DNA from: Isurus oxyrinchus
Taxonomy: Eukaryota
Reading direction: 5' to 3'
Length of the DNA: 64,000 nt
Assembly: GCA_026770705.1 (NCBI GenBank)
Contig: JANJGN010000017.1
Span: 43,090,001 to 43,154,000, forward strand
The position numbers and the translations under genes are program-made. Below the pieces are notes generated by a model. The model was not told the DNA's origin. It saw only the letters and a program-made list of their open reading frames with translations, and did no database searches. Positions 51,102-62,971 of the stretch are shown here, piece after piece (position 1 is the stretch's first letter; the number at the start of each line of letters is the position of its first letter).

Positions 51102-52421
51102 CTGGTCTTTTGGGCTTGACTCCTAGCATTGACCTCCATGACTATCTGCTCCACTGCCTCTTTTTCATGTATTTAAAGGGCCTCCTGGCCCACTACAGAT
51201 GCAGGGCAAGTCTTCTAGTTCCCATCTACTCTGCCAAGGCTTCCAGTTCAGCGTCCGAAAACCTTCGAGCCTGCTCTCATATTGTGTTATTTTTGACTGT
51301 TTCTCTGGTAAGAGGTGCAGACTAGCTTTCAATGGTGCCTGCTGGTTATGATTTTGGGCCCTCAGCTGAGACAAACAGCCAATGAACAGCATAGTTAGCT
51401 CTGGCTGTATGCAGCAATCATTAAAATGACCAGATTGCACAAAGGAAGATGCTGCCTGCAATACATTGAGCGAATGCGGATTAATCACACATTAGGATTC
51501 AGGCACCAGTTTTCGGGGGCTGTCCAATTTAGAATTCATTGTATTTAAATACATTGATTAGTTAGAAGGTCATTTGTGCATGTGCTGCAAACACTAAACC
51601 ACTTTGTGGTTTTACTAAATGTGCATAGCAATTCCTTGGAGAATCTTTTCCACCTTTTTAATTGTCATGTCATTGCATCTTGTAGAGCCAAACTGTCTGC
51701 AGCAGTTCAGTGCCCAGACTGAACTGTCTGAAGTAATGAGCGGCCAGTCACTGTTATTACTGTTTGAGCAAAAAAATGAAACTATGATCAAAATTATGAA
51801 TGAAGAAATGATTACGTTTGTGTTCTTAACCCTTAATTCTTTTAACTCTTAAAATATTCATAGACTTTATTATCCAAACTGAAAAGTACAGTACTCTTTT
51901 TCTAATTTGTTCTTCCTCCTTTTTCCCAGCAACTTTTTCCATCTCTTCCTCTCTGAATGCCATTGATTTCTTTTGGGATACAGTTCAATGCATGCTGGTA
52001 AATTTGCACTAGGTCAAACAAAAAAAAGCCCCTAATCTTGATAAATTCCTGACAGGGCATTAGGACCAGTGTTACATTTACAGGTTACCAATAGTGCTGC
52101 ACCTCTTGATGGAAGCCCTGGCAATTCCAGAACAAATTATTGGGGAAGGAGAAACAATGTAATGAGTATCCATTCCCTTTCCTTCTCCAAACCATCTAGG
52201 AAAGGAGCATTCCACAGACGCGATGGAGAATTATATCATTGCCTAAAATGCCTCACATTTACAGGAGCCTGAAGGTGTTGTTCTGGATTCCAGAAAGTAA
52301 TAAATTGTGGACAAATGAAGATGTTTTTATATTTGCTAAGGGGTTCCCAACAGTGGCCTTTGAAATTGAACTGGTGCTGCTGCTCCTAATGAATGTGATG
52401 ATTGCACAGCATTCAGTTCCC

Positions 52422-53150
52422 TTCGCAACTCCTCAGATAATAAAGCAGTCCATGACTTACCAGACATGCAGCAAGACCTAGACAACTTTCAGGCTAGGGC
52501 TGATAAATGACAAGAAATATTTGGGCCATACACATGTCAGGTAATGATCATCTCCAATAAGAGAGAGATTAATCACTTCCCCTTGACGTTCAACAGTATT
52601 ACCATCACTGAAAGCCCCATGAATCAATATCTTCTGACCAGACACTTAACTGAACCAACCACATCAATACTGTGGCTACAGGAGCAGGTCAGAAGCTCGG
52701 AATTCCATGATGAGTGACTCACATCCTGAATACCCAAAGTCGTTCCAACATCTAAGGCACAAGTCAGAAGTGTGATGGAATACTCTCCACCTACCTGAAT
52801 GGGTAAAACTCCATCAATGCTCAAGAAGGTCAACACCATCCAACCACTTGATTGGCACCCCATCTACAGCATTACACATTCACTCCCTCTGCCATCAGCA
52901 CACCATGGTTGCAGTATGTATCATGTACAAAATGCGCTGCAGTAACTCACCAAGGTTCCTTCGACAGCACCTTCCAAATCCGTAATTTTTACCATTGAAA
53001 GGACAAAAGCAGTAGACACATGGGAGCACCACCACCTGCAAGTTCCTTTCCAAGTCTAGAACCATCCTGGCATGGAAACGTATTGCAGTTGCTTCATTGT
53101 TGCTAGGTCAAAATCCTGAAACACACTACCTAATATCATTGCCAGTGTAC
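52422..53150 (+). mobile_element. HER1 LINE ORF2 3' fragment, degenerate
   Basis: Continues into the same GGGAGCACCACCACCTGCAAGTT..CAAAATCCTG block seen at 8354; KAQVRSVMEYSP motif. Confidence 0.8.
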
Positions 53151-53151
53151 C

Positions 53152-55410
53152 TTGTGGGAGTAACATGAGGATGTTATGATAAACTTCTATAAAACACTAG
53201 CTTAGCCTCAACTCGGGTATTGTGTCCAGTCTGGGCACTAACCTACCTGGGAGTTGGGGCGGACCTGCAGATGACAGTCGGGAGCAGTGGAGCACCTTTA
53301 AATAAAGCCTGGGGATTGGAAAGCGACCTAATCTACCTGAAAGTTGGAGCGGGCCTGCAAGAGACAGTTCAGGAGCAGTGCAACACACCACTTCAGCTGC
53401 TGTGAGTCAGCTTGTGCTCAGTTTGAAAAACTGAGTGAAAAAAATTGTGACATCACAGGAAACTAGTAAATTGATTGGCCAGTAAGTTCTTGGTGTAAGG
53501 AATAGCATGTTAATACCCAGCTTAGGACACCACACTTAGGGTAGATCTATAAATAAAAACAACTAAAAATTTAAAGTAAAATAAACAAAAAAAATAATTA
53601 AGGTAAAAAACATACCTGTGTAATTAAGAAACGTATAACTTTTAGTTGTTGGTTGTACTAGCATTTGATAAGCACAGTAAATTATAGTGTACATAGGAAT
53701 TATTATAAGTTAAATAAGAAAGTAATTAAATTAAATTAACTAAAACATAAGTAATAATGGCAGGACAGATGTTATGTTGCAACTGTGGAATGTGGGAGAT
53801 TTTTGACACCAAGGCGACCCGGACAAACACGTCTGCAGAAAGTACAAGCAGCAAGCGGAATTCTGAATCAGGATTATTGATCTGGAAGCTGAATTTCAGA
53901 CACTGGGCAGCATAAGAGAGGGGGAGAAGTACCTGGCCACTTTGTTCTAGAAGACAGTCACACCTCTTAGAATAGGGTGGTCTGTTTATGTCAGCAGTGA
54001 AGGACAGAAGGATGAGTGAGGCAGGTAAAGGGACTGAGCAGACAGTAGTGGAGGAGCCTCAGACTTTGCAATTATCAAACAGGTTTGTGGTGCGCGCAAC
54101 CTCTGTGGATGAACATGAGGTCTGGAAAGTGGATGAGTTGACTGGCCATGGCACCATGGTACAGAAAGCCATTCAAGCAGGGTAAGCAAAAAGGAATGTA
54201 GTTGTAGTCAGGGATAATATAGCGAGGTGGATTGACACTGTTTTCTGCAGCAAAGAGCGAGAGTCCAGAAGGCTATGTTGCCTGCCTGGTGCCAGGGTTT
54301 GGAATATCTGCCCAGGGCTGGACAAGAACTTACAGATGGAGGGGGAGGATCCAGTTGTCATGGTCTATGTACGTACCAATGACACAGGCAGGACAAGGAA
54401 AGAGATTCTGCATAGCCAATATGAGGAGCTGGGCATCAAATTAAGAAGCAGAACGTCCAAGGTAATAATCTCTGGATTATTACCTGAGCCATGGGCAAAT
54501 TGGCATAGGGAAAATAAGATTAGAAAAATGAATGCGTGGCTCAAAGACTTGTGTGAAAGAAGTGGGTTCTGGTTCGTAGGATGCTGGCAAAAGCTGAGAA
54601 AAGTGTGGGCTGTACCGTTGGTACAGTCTACGCTGAATCTTGCTGGGACAATTGTTCTTGCCAGCCAGATGACTAGCTGATGAAGCAGAAAGGGTTTTAA
54701 ACTAAATAGTGGGGGCAAGGGATCAAATTTGGTAAGATGTGATAAATCAGAGTACAGACTAATCAAGAGAGGGAGGTGTTAATATGGGAATTTATAAACA
54801 GACTATGACATGAAAGGACAGAGAGTGCAAATCTAAGATTAATCAGCAGATAAGGATAGAGGTTACAAAAATAATAAAAAGACAAAACTTAAAGCTCTGT
54901 ATGTGAATGCACGAAGCATTCAAAACAAAACAGATGAATTGATAGTGCAAATAGAAAGTAAGTATAATCTAATAGTCATTACACAGACATGACTGCAGGA
55001 TGATATAGACTGGGGCCTGAAAATTGAAGGGTATGTGACATTTATGAAAGACAGGAAGCTAGGAAAAGGCAGAGGGGTGGCTCTGTTAATTACATATGAT
55101 ATTAACACAACGTGGAAGGAAGTTCAGGAAACCAGGATGTAGAAGCAGTTTGGGTAGAGATGAGGAATGATAAAGGCAAAAAGTCACTTGTGGGAGTGGT
55201 GTACAGGCCCTCAAACTGTAACTACATAGTAGTCAGGGGTATGAATGAAGAAATAATCGGAGCTTGTCAGAAAGGTATGGCAATTAACATGGGTGATTTT
55301 AATCTACATGTAGACTGGAAAAAATCAGATGGGCAAAGCTGGCCTAGATGAGGAATTCATAGAATGTTTTTGGAATAGTTCCTTAGAACAGCACGTTCTG
55401 GAGCCAAACA
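53152..55410 (+). mobile_element. CR1 LINE 5' half: 5' UTR, ORF1 (zinc finger + SGNH esterase, ~53757-54710) and ORF2 endonuclease start (~54890-55410), preceded by a short CR1 RT-region piece
   Basis: ORF1 motifs MAGQMLCCNCGMWE, CCLPGARV, VYVRTNDTG and KVIISGLLP. APE motifs LYVNARSIQNK, VGVVYRPSN and MGDFN. Confidence 0.87.
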
Positions 55411-55792
55411 GCAAAGGAAATATGATATTCAAAGTTTCAGGAAATTTAAGTTTTGTTTGATTTACCTGACCTTTTTATTAAAGAACTAGTAGATTTCTCA
55501 TGGCAGGGCTTACAAGTCAAAAGATATGCTGCTCTAGAAGGATGAAAACACTGTACTGTGTAACACAGAATTTATTATTTCTGCTGTCAAGGTGCAGAGT
55601 GCATAATCTAGTCTTTTTATTTAAGGTCACATGGTCTAATTGCTGTGTCCTTTTGGTTAATCAGAGGCCAATCCATTTTAAGCATGTCCCAAGGTCAATT
55701 AGAGTTCATTATTTCGCTAGAGTTTGGCTTTGCTTCACTGTTTACATTTTTGTAAAAGATGGATTTTGCTTCTCAAACAACATGTAATATGT

Positions 55793-56031
55793 AACACAAA
55801 AACAGAATTACCTGGAAAAACTCAGTAGGTCTGGCAGCATCGGCGGAGGAGAAAAGAGTTGACGTTTCGAGTCCTCATGACCCTTCGACAGAACAGTTCT
55901 GTCGAAGGGTCATGAGGACTCGAAACGTCAACTCTTTTCTCCTCCGCCGATGCTGCCAGACCTACTGAGTTTTTCCAGGTAATTCTGTTTTTGTTTTAGA
56001 TTTCCAGCATCCGCAGTTTTCTTTGTTTTCA
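55793..56031. mobile_element. Penelope-derived non-autonomous palindromic insertion
   Basis: Perfect 99-bp inverted arms 55796-55894 / 55896-55994; 14-bp TSD AACATGTAATATGT (55779-55792 and 56032-56045). Confidence 0.85.
55895..55933 (+). ncRNA. Minimal type I hammerhead ribozyme-like motif (mirror copy on the - strand)
   Basis: AGUU-CUGUCGA-A-GGGUC(AUGAG)GACUC-GAAA-CG-UC-AACU. Stems I and II pair, but the core is CUGUCGA rather than CUGANGA. Confidence 0.55.
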
Positions 56032-56807
56032 AACATGTAATATGTGTAAGTTTGGCATCTGGACTGTGACATTCAAAATTTTTCGGTATAATGATGGAGG
56101 GAAACAGAATCCCAGGCTTCCGGTTAAACGTGTTTTGAGACCTTTATTGTCATGGTGTGGTAACATTATTAATGAAAATAGCTACAGTTATAAATCAAGC
56201 AAAATGTACATTTATTCAGTTGGAACATTTTTTAATACTCTGAGTACTTACCATTCACCACAACATAATACAGTTACTGCTTTCTCTACAGATCTGACTA
56301 GAACATAATAATGTGTAGAATAAAACAAGGCCATTCAAACAAGGCCATTCAGTCTAAATAGTGTGTTCTTTTGAACAATCTCCTTTGTTGTGTATTCTCA
56401 CCAATGAGTTTAATCTACTGAGAGATATAAGTAACCACAGTCAGAACTAACCCTCAAAATAACTAAAAGAAAAATTCTACAGTGCTTTTATAATCTACAT
56501 TATTCAATTCTCACCACTTCTATTGTCCTGAATGTATTCTTGATTATTCCAGCTTAATCATGTAACATTCAATTCTACTTTTAATCAGGTGGACATTCAG
56601 TTCTCTTCTAGAACCAAGTTATTTGTTTGCCCTGGTTAAAAAATGGTATTGATTGAGAATATAGATCAAATTTACTGGGCCCACATTACTCTAAGGTGCA
56701 TTTACATTGTATCTGATACTAGTAATGCAATCCAAGCCAGGCAGAATCCTGTAACTTTGCTTGGTTGTTGCCTGTGACAATAGGAGAATATTCTGAAAAT
56801 ACCTGTG

Positions 56808-56885
56808 TTTTTAATTCATTCTTGGTACATGGGCATCACTAGCAAGGCTAGCATTTATTGCACACCATTAGTTGGCTTTGAGAAC
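56808..56885 (-). mobile_element. Short HE1/HER1 tail remnant
   Basis: ATTCATTCTTGG..ATGGGCATCACTAGCAAGGCTAGCATTTATTG, homologous to 40140-40190. Confidence 0.6.
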
Positions 56886-58089
56886 CACATAAACATATGC
56901 ACACATATCAATACATAAATCTGTTATCCAACTTAAATGTTTAGACAGTGAAAAGAGAGAATCCCAGCTTGCCTATTGTAGGTTTAACGGAAACACCTGG
57001 GCACTTTATAAACCAGGCTTGACACCACACTGGTCTTGTAGTCCATATCATACAAGTGTAAAACTATTACTTCCAAGCACATCAGACAATCTTAAAGGAT
57101 TTTACTTTTCCCATTTACCAAATCATGTGTTTAATCCAATGAGTCATCTATAATTGTTCTATTATCTATTATCAGAGTTGTCAGGCTTTAGGAATGAATT
57201 TGAGTGAGAATTTTGAACAATGTTGGCCAAACCCCAATATTCTCAACTTTAACCCATATTTCTGCTTGGGAACTTCTGCTTAACTACAAGAGTTGCTTGT
57301 GTGTTTCATTTAATAAGGTCTCCCATGAATTTGTTGAATTTTATACAACTGCAATTTAAGAATGAAGTGGTGCATAATTTAGAAATTTTGTACATGTGAA
57401 ATTTAGGATAATGTCAATGACTCAGCAAAAATTAAATATGGACTTGCCAAAGCTGTATTAAACTTTAATTTCATGAGTTACTTGGAACCTCTCCAACCAG
57501 AAAAAAAATCATATTTAAAATAGCCAACATTTAAATAATGTTCTTTCCAGTTCTTGAAGTTAAAAATAGGAAGCAAAAACAAAATAAATATTGCCAATCA
57601 AGTAAACGTGAATGAACTTTTGTCTGCTGAAGTGCCTTCTCTGGGCTTGTATTTAAAACAAACAAAGTGCTGAAGACCATAGTCAACCACACTCAAACAT
57701 ATTTCATATTAATAACTGTAACCCAAATCTCTTTCCACCATAAACCTTTAATTCCCTTCCACGAAGATGATATACTGTCTCCACATCTTGCACCAAACAT
57801 TTTAAGGCTGCAGTGATGCCATTTATCCCCTGATTTTTATCAAGGTAGTGCAGCTGAACCTAGAAGCATATTTCTAAAGGCTACTTTTTAAAGTTGATAT
57901 CAAAATTACTGAGGTGTTTCAATAATAAATAAATGTTGAAATGTTAATGAGCCTTTAAATTACTATGGCATCATTAGGAGCATTATTACAGTATATCATT
58001 ATTGTATTAGTCCACATTCAGCATTTACCACCTTTTCCCCAAGTTTAAATAAAACAATTTTCCCCACATATAATTTTCCTCTGCTGGGT

Positions 58090-58965
58090 GTGGTGACCTT
58101 GAAAGTGGATGCCAAGGGAACCATCCTACACCACCCACCTCCTCCTAGTTTTGCCATCAGAGACAGTTGAGGGTACATGGTGTTTGCAGAACAATCCCGG
58201 ATGGGTTGCACCTGTGGCAAATCTAGGCACATGGTGATCAACTGCAGTGCAACCATCCATAAGAATTGTAAGCAGGAAGGTCACCAAGGAATTGCAAGGA
58301 GAATAAGTATTGCAACCTGTGGGGTGAAGTTGGCCATCTTTAAAGGGCCTTTCCAAAATGAAGATTCAGCTGTGCATAGGTGGCAAGGCCAAAGCATTTC
58401 ACAAGGAAGGAGCAACACACAAAGCCACCTCAAAGAAGCCATAAACCCTCCACCTACTAAGAGCCGCTGTGGAAATACAATGAGAAAGGAGGATACAGAG
58501 AGCAAGAAGAAGCAGGAAAAGGGCTTGGCAGCAAGCCTTGAGTCTCACCCCCAGCAGACAGCCTATGGAAGAGGAGCAAGTACAGGGACAACTGGGAGAA
58601 GGCAGGTGCTGAAGAGGAAAATTGGCAAGAGGAAACCATGGAGAAATGTAAGCATCTGCTGCTCACTGATGATGAATGATGAGGGAAAATAAATCACTAT
58701 TGTCATCAAAATAAACAGCATAATGCCAGGGACAACAATGCAAGGAACATTAGGAACAGTGATGTGTCCAGGGCACCCCAGACCAGGAACACCGGTGCAG
58801 CAACACAGACCATGAATACCAGTTCCAAGAAATCAGGAGCAGGATGATCTCAGACAGGGAACAGCTTAAGAAATGAGAAAAGTCAGCACAGATGGAAATC
58901 GCCTGAATTCTTCCCTTCCACAATGCCACCCCGATGATACAGCCTCCCCCTGAGAGGCAACACTT
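58090..58965 (+). pseudogene. Tx1/L1-clade ORF1 fragment with degenerate CCHC zinc knuckles
   Basis: HPPPPSFAI...GYMVFAEQSRMGCTCGKSRHMVINC..KNCKQEGH, followed by a basic low-complexity tail; contains stops and frameshifts. Confidence 0.7.
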
Positions 58966-58968
58966 TGT

Positions 58969-59569
58969 ACATCATCCTGCCCCATTTAAATATTCAGGAA
59001 GGCTGGGGGACAGTGAAATCAGCTGTCTGCCCGCCGACCTGTCAATGGCCAATTGAGGCCATTGACAGGGTAGTTAACCCAATTAAAGGCCCTGCCCGTC
59101 CAACCTTAAGGTTGGTGGGCAGGCCAGGAGCCCCAGCGGCTTCTCAAAAAACATGAAACCTCAGCCACTGGCGGGTTGAGGTTTCATGTCTGTTTTTAAA
59201 AAGTTTAATAAAGTTTTAATCATACTTATTAACATGTCCAATCTTGTGTGACATTGTCACGAGGAGGACATTTTAATAATTTTTTTATTTTTCTATTTTT
59301 GATGTTTATAAAGCTTTCACCGATCTTCCTGAGACAGCACTTAGTCTCAGGGAGATGTGCTCTTTCGCATGCATGCCCGAAAGAGTGCACTTTGACAGTT
59401 GGGGAATCCCTCCCCCCCAGCACAAGAAGTGCATAGCGCTTCCCGGCAGGCCTTAATTGGCCTGCCCACTCAAAATGGCGGCGGGGCCTGTTTCGGCGGC
59501 AGCGATCGGCTGTCTGCCCACTGCCGAGCTGGTCAGGCCCACCCACCCATCAACAGCAAGATTCTGCCC
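58969..59569. mobile_element. Harbinger MITE (subfamily B, inverted relative to 28699), left end deleted
   Basis: Right TIR AAGATTCTGCCC followed by ATA of the LTR; reverse-complement homology to 28699-29265. Confidence 0.88.
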
Positions 59570-59851
59570 ATAATAATTTTCATAATTTTATTGGAATTTA
59601 TTGTAGAGTAATAGTGGGGTCTGTGTCTATGTGTGCGGGTGTGACTTAATTGAATTAAAGGCAGCTGGTCTGAAGGCGTTGATGTATCAGAAGATAAACT
59701 AGGTTTGAAATGTTAAGTAGGTAAACATGGGGGAAGTTTTAGAATGTGAGGTGTAAAGGGAAAATTTGCATTTTTAAATAAACCAGATGATCTTGAATTA
59801 AAAAGAGGGGGGGTGAAATGTTAACATAGCCAGGAGAAGTTAAGAAACAGT

Positions 59852-60610
59852 GGTCAGAATTTTGCCCTTGGCGAGCAGGCAGTTAAGGCCCACCCAGCAT
59901 GAAACATGAGTAGCAGTGCTAAACACTGCCTGTGTGGAAGGAGAAGGAGGAGGTTGAGCGAGCCAAGTGCGAACTTCGTGCATGCGTGCAAGAGAGCGCT
60001 CCATAATCTCCCTGAGGCAGATCTGTGCCTCAGGGAGATGAAGAGATGTGAAAAAAATAATAAAAATTTAATGAAACATGACCCGTCATGTGACTCTGTC
60101 TCATGAGCAGGGACATTTTATTAATGAAAAATTAAAATTTTTATTTTATTTTTATATGCTTTTGGAAACCTCATCCTACCCATGGATGAGGTTTCCAAAA
60201 AGTTGCAAAGGCTAGTTAGCTTTTTCACCTGCCCGCCAACCATTAGGTTGGAAGGGCAGCAAAAATATTTAAGTTAATTAATTACATAATGGTCTTAACA
60301 AGCCTTTTAATTGTCGGCGACTGCGCTGCCAGCTCTGGTGCCACCCACCGACCGAACTATCACGCAACTGTGCTTTGACATCGGCACACTCAGCCTACTG
60401 CCTACTGCTTCATAACTTCTACTGGCTATGTGTAACATTTCACTCCCCTCTTTTTAATTCAAGCTAGTCTGGCTTATTTAAAAATACAAATATTCCATTT
60501 ACACCTCACATTCTAAAACTTCCCTCATGTTTACCTACTTAACATTTCAAACCTAGCTTATCTTCTGGTACATCAAAGCCTTCAGACCAGCTGCCTTTAA
60601 TTCAATTAAG

Positions 60611-60691
<81 letters not shown>

Positions 60692-60865
60692 GGCACAGAC
60701 ACCACTATAACTCTACAATAAATTCCAATAAAATTGTGAAAGTTATTATATCTTCCTGACAATGACTTCATTATTTGCTTGCATCTTGGAAAGTTCTACA
60801 GCCTTTTCTTTTCATGCTAGTGTGGCTGGGGCACGTGCCCACCCACCGAGTGGAAATTTCTGCCC
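59852..60865. mobile_element. Harbinger MITE (subfamily A-like) containing an inverted LTR fragment (60404-60760)
   Basis: TIRs GGTCAGAATTTT / GAAATTTCTGCCC; perfect AGT TSD. Confidence 0.88.
60612..60688. repeat. (CA)n microsatellite inside the inverted LTR fragment
   Basis: Directly visible in the sequence. Confidence 0.95.
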
Positions 60866-60952
60866 AGTGTGTTTATTCTTCCCAAATATTACTAGTAAAA
60901 TTAGTATTATGATAGATTTTATTATTAGAGAGGTAAAGTCCAAAGACATGGT

Positions 60953-61652
60953 GGGCAAAATCTTCTGGTCGGCATGAGGAGGGCAGGCTCCACACTTCGA
61001 CACGTAAGATGATGCGTGGTGACATCAGGTGTGTGTCCTGACGTCACCATGTGCCGTTCTGATCTTCATTTCAGCGGACGCACACCAGAGTTGGCTGCGC
61101 GCCCGCTGAACTGTCAAACCCCATTAATCATCTCATTAAAGTCATTGTCAGGGCTGCCAGTCCAACCTTAAGGCTGACAGGCATGCGAAGAGCCCAGGCG
61201 GCCTTCACATTTTTAATGGAACCTCATCCACAGGTGGGATGAGATTTCATGAAGGGTTAAAATGTTTAATAAAATTTTTTAATTAAAATTCATTGACATG
61301 TCCCTATTCATGTGACACTGTCACATGAGGGGACGTGTCTGAATAATTTTTTTCGTTTTTTTTTCAATGTTTTCATAATCAAAGTAATCTCCCTGAGGCA
61401 GCTCCGTGTCTCAGGAAGATTTCTGCACTCTTGCGCGTGCATGCGCGAAAGAGTGTAAGCCCTGACTCTCCCTCCTCCCCCCGCCCGCACAGGCAGCACT
61501 GAGCGCTTCCAGGTGCACGTCATGCTGGGTGGGCCTTACTTCGCCCGTCCACATAAAATGGCAGTGCACAGCCAATCGTGGGCAGCGATCAGCTGTGCAG
61601 CCACCCGTGCCCGCTCCCACCTAGCCCACACAACAGTGAGAAAATTTTCCCC
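60953..61652. mobile_element. Harbinger MITE
   Basis: TIRs GGGCAAAATCTT / AAAATTTTCCCC; TSD GGT/AGT (the empty site in the solo LTR reads AGT). Confidence 0.9.
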
Positions 61653-61859
61653 AGTGAAACAATGGGAATTTGCATTCAAAGGGGACTATATATAAAGCAG
61701 AGAAGGCTGTGTGTAAGGACAGGCATTCTCACATTTAACGCAAGTGTGAAAAGCCTCCAGCATCTCAGCCTCAAGCTGGTGCCCACAAGGAACTGAAGTT
61801 GAGAAAAATTCACTTTGATAGTATTGTGTGCTACTTTTCCTAGATCTTTTAAAATGTAT

Positions 61860-62558
61860 GGCCAGAATTTTTAGCTCGTCGGATGGGTATGCGCCTGACC
61901 CGACGGAGTGTAAAATGACACGCAATAACGTAAGTGAGCATCCTAATATCATCGCGCACTCGCGAGATATTTCAGTCAGCGGACACATGTTGGAGTTGGC
62001 AGCGTGCCCGCCTACAGTTAAAAGATCTGTTAAGGCCATTAAAGTTATAATTGGAAGAAATTTTTCGCTGCCCGTCCAGCCTTACAGTTGGTAGGCAGGC
62101 GAAAAGGCCCTACGGCCTTTGTATTTTTTAGAAAACCTCATCCATGGGCAGGATATGTTTTCCAACAGCAAATAAAAATATTAACATTCCATTTGTAACA
62201 TGTCCCTGCTTGTGTGACAGAGTCACATGTGGGAGCACATTTTATAACATTTTTAAAATTTTTTTTTTAATGTTTTAAACTGTTCATCTCCATGAGGCAG
62301 CTCTGTGCCTTCGGGAGCTTTTCCAGAGCACACCCTCGTGCATGCGCAAAATTTGCACTCGCCCTCCTCCTCCTCCTCCTCCCCTCCACCACCACCCCCT
62401 CCCCCCCCCCCCCCCCAACCCCCCCCCCCCAAACCCCCGACCTACCCCCACACAGACAGCACTGAGCACTGCTTCTCGTGTTTCAGACTGGGCAGGCCTT
62501 AATTGGCCTGCCAGTGTGAAACTGCGGTCCGGCCCTGATTGCAGGAAAAATCCTCCCC
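61860..62558. mobile_element. Harbinger MITE with an expanded poly-C/CCT tract
   Basis: TIRs GGCCAGAATTTT / AAAATCCTCCCC; perfect TAT TSD. Confidence 0.9.
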
Positions 62559-62838
62559 TATGTATCTCATTGTTGCCTTAATGGAGGTGTAACTGGGTTT
62601 AGATTAATTAGGGGATTTAGAAGTTATCATAGTAGTACTTTGTAGATCTATGTATGTGCTTAAAATCATTTCTTCTATTAATAAATGTTTAATTTAGTTT
62701 TGTAAGAAGCCTATAAGACTTAGTGGCCTTCTTTTCACTGAATTCAAAGCCCGCATCTCAACATAAATACAAATTGCAAAGTTTCCCTCTGGGATTTGAG
62801 CAGCTTGGCATTTAACATCGGCCTGCCATAACAGATAT

Positions 62839-62857
62839 TAGGGGCTCTTTGCAGGAT
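62839..62857 (+). other. Degenerate tRNA-Pro primer binding site
   Basis: TAGGGGCTCTTTGCAGGAT versus TGGGGGCTCGTCCGGGAT, a few bases after the LTR CA. Confidence 0.6.
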
Positions 62858-62971
62858 ATATTTGAGATTCCTTGATTGGCTTAGAGTTGGTGAATCTTAA
62901 AGTTATGAGTATGAGAAGCACTTTGAATTCAGGAGTTGGTGTGAGTTTATTTTTAGTAGTGAGACTGCAAT

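Larger units (their letters stand above)
49500..51500. mobile_element. Degenerate, internally deleted Harbinger copy 6 (family of copy 5, opposite orientation)
   Basis: Plus-strand LSVAVKVTV transposase piece at ~50105; minus-strand QCHKKFNDH Myb piece at ~50420-50450; 49545-49600 matches the reverse complement of ~30610-30670. Confidence 0.65.
59570..62833 (+). mobile_element. 5' LTR of a Gmr1-like Gypsy element, fragmented by MITEs
   Basis: Pieces 59570-59851, 60866-60952, 61653-61859 and 62559-62833 reassemble colinearly with the solo LTR at 28411-29947; ends CATAACA. Confidence 0.88.
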
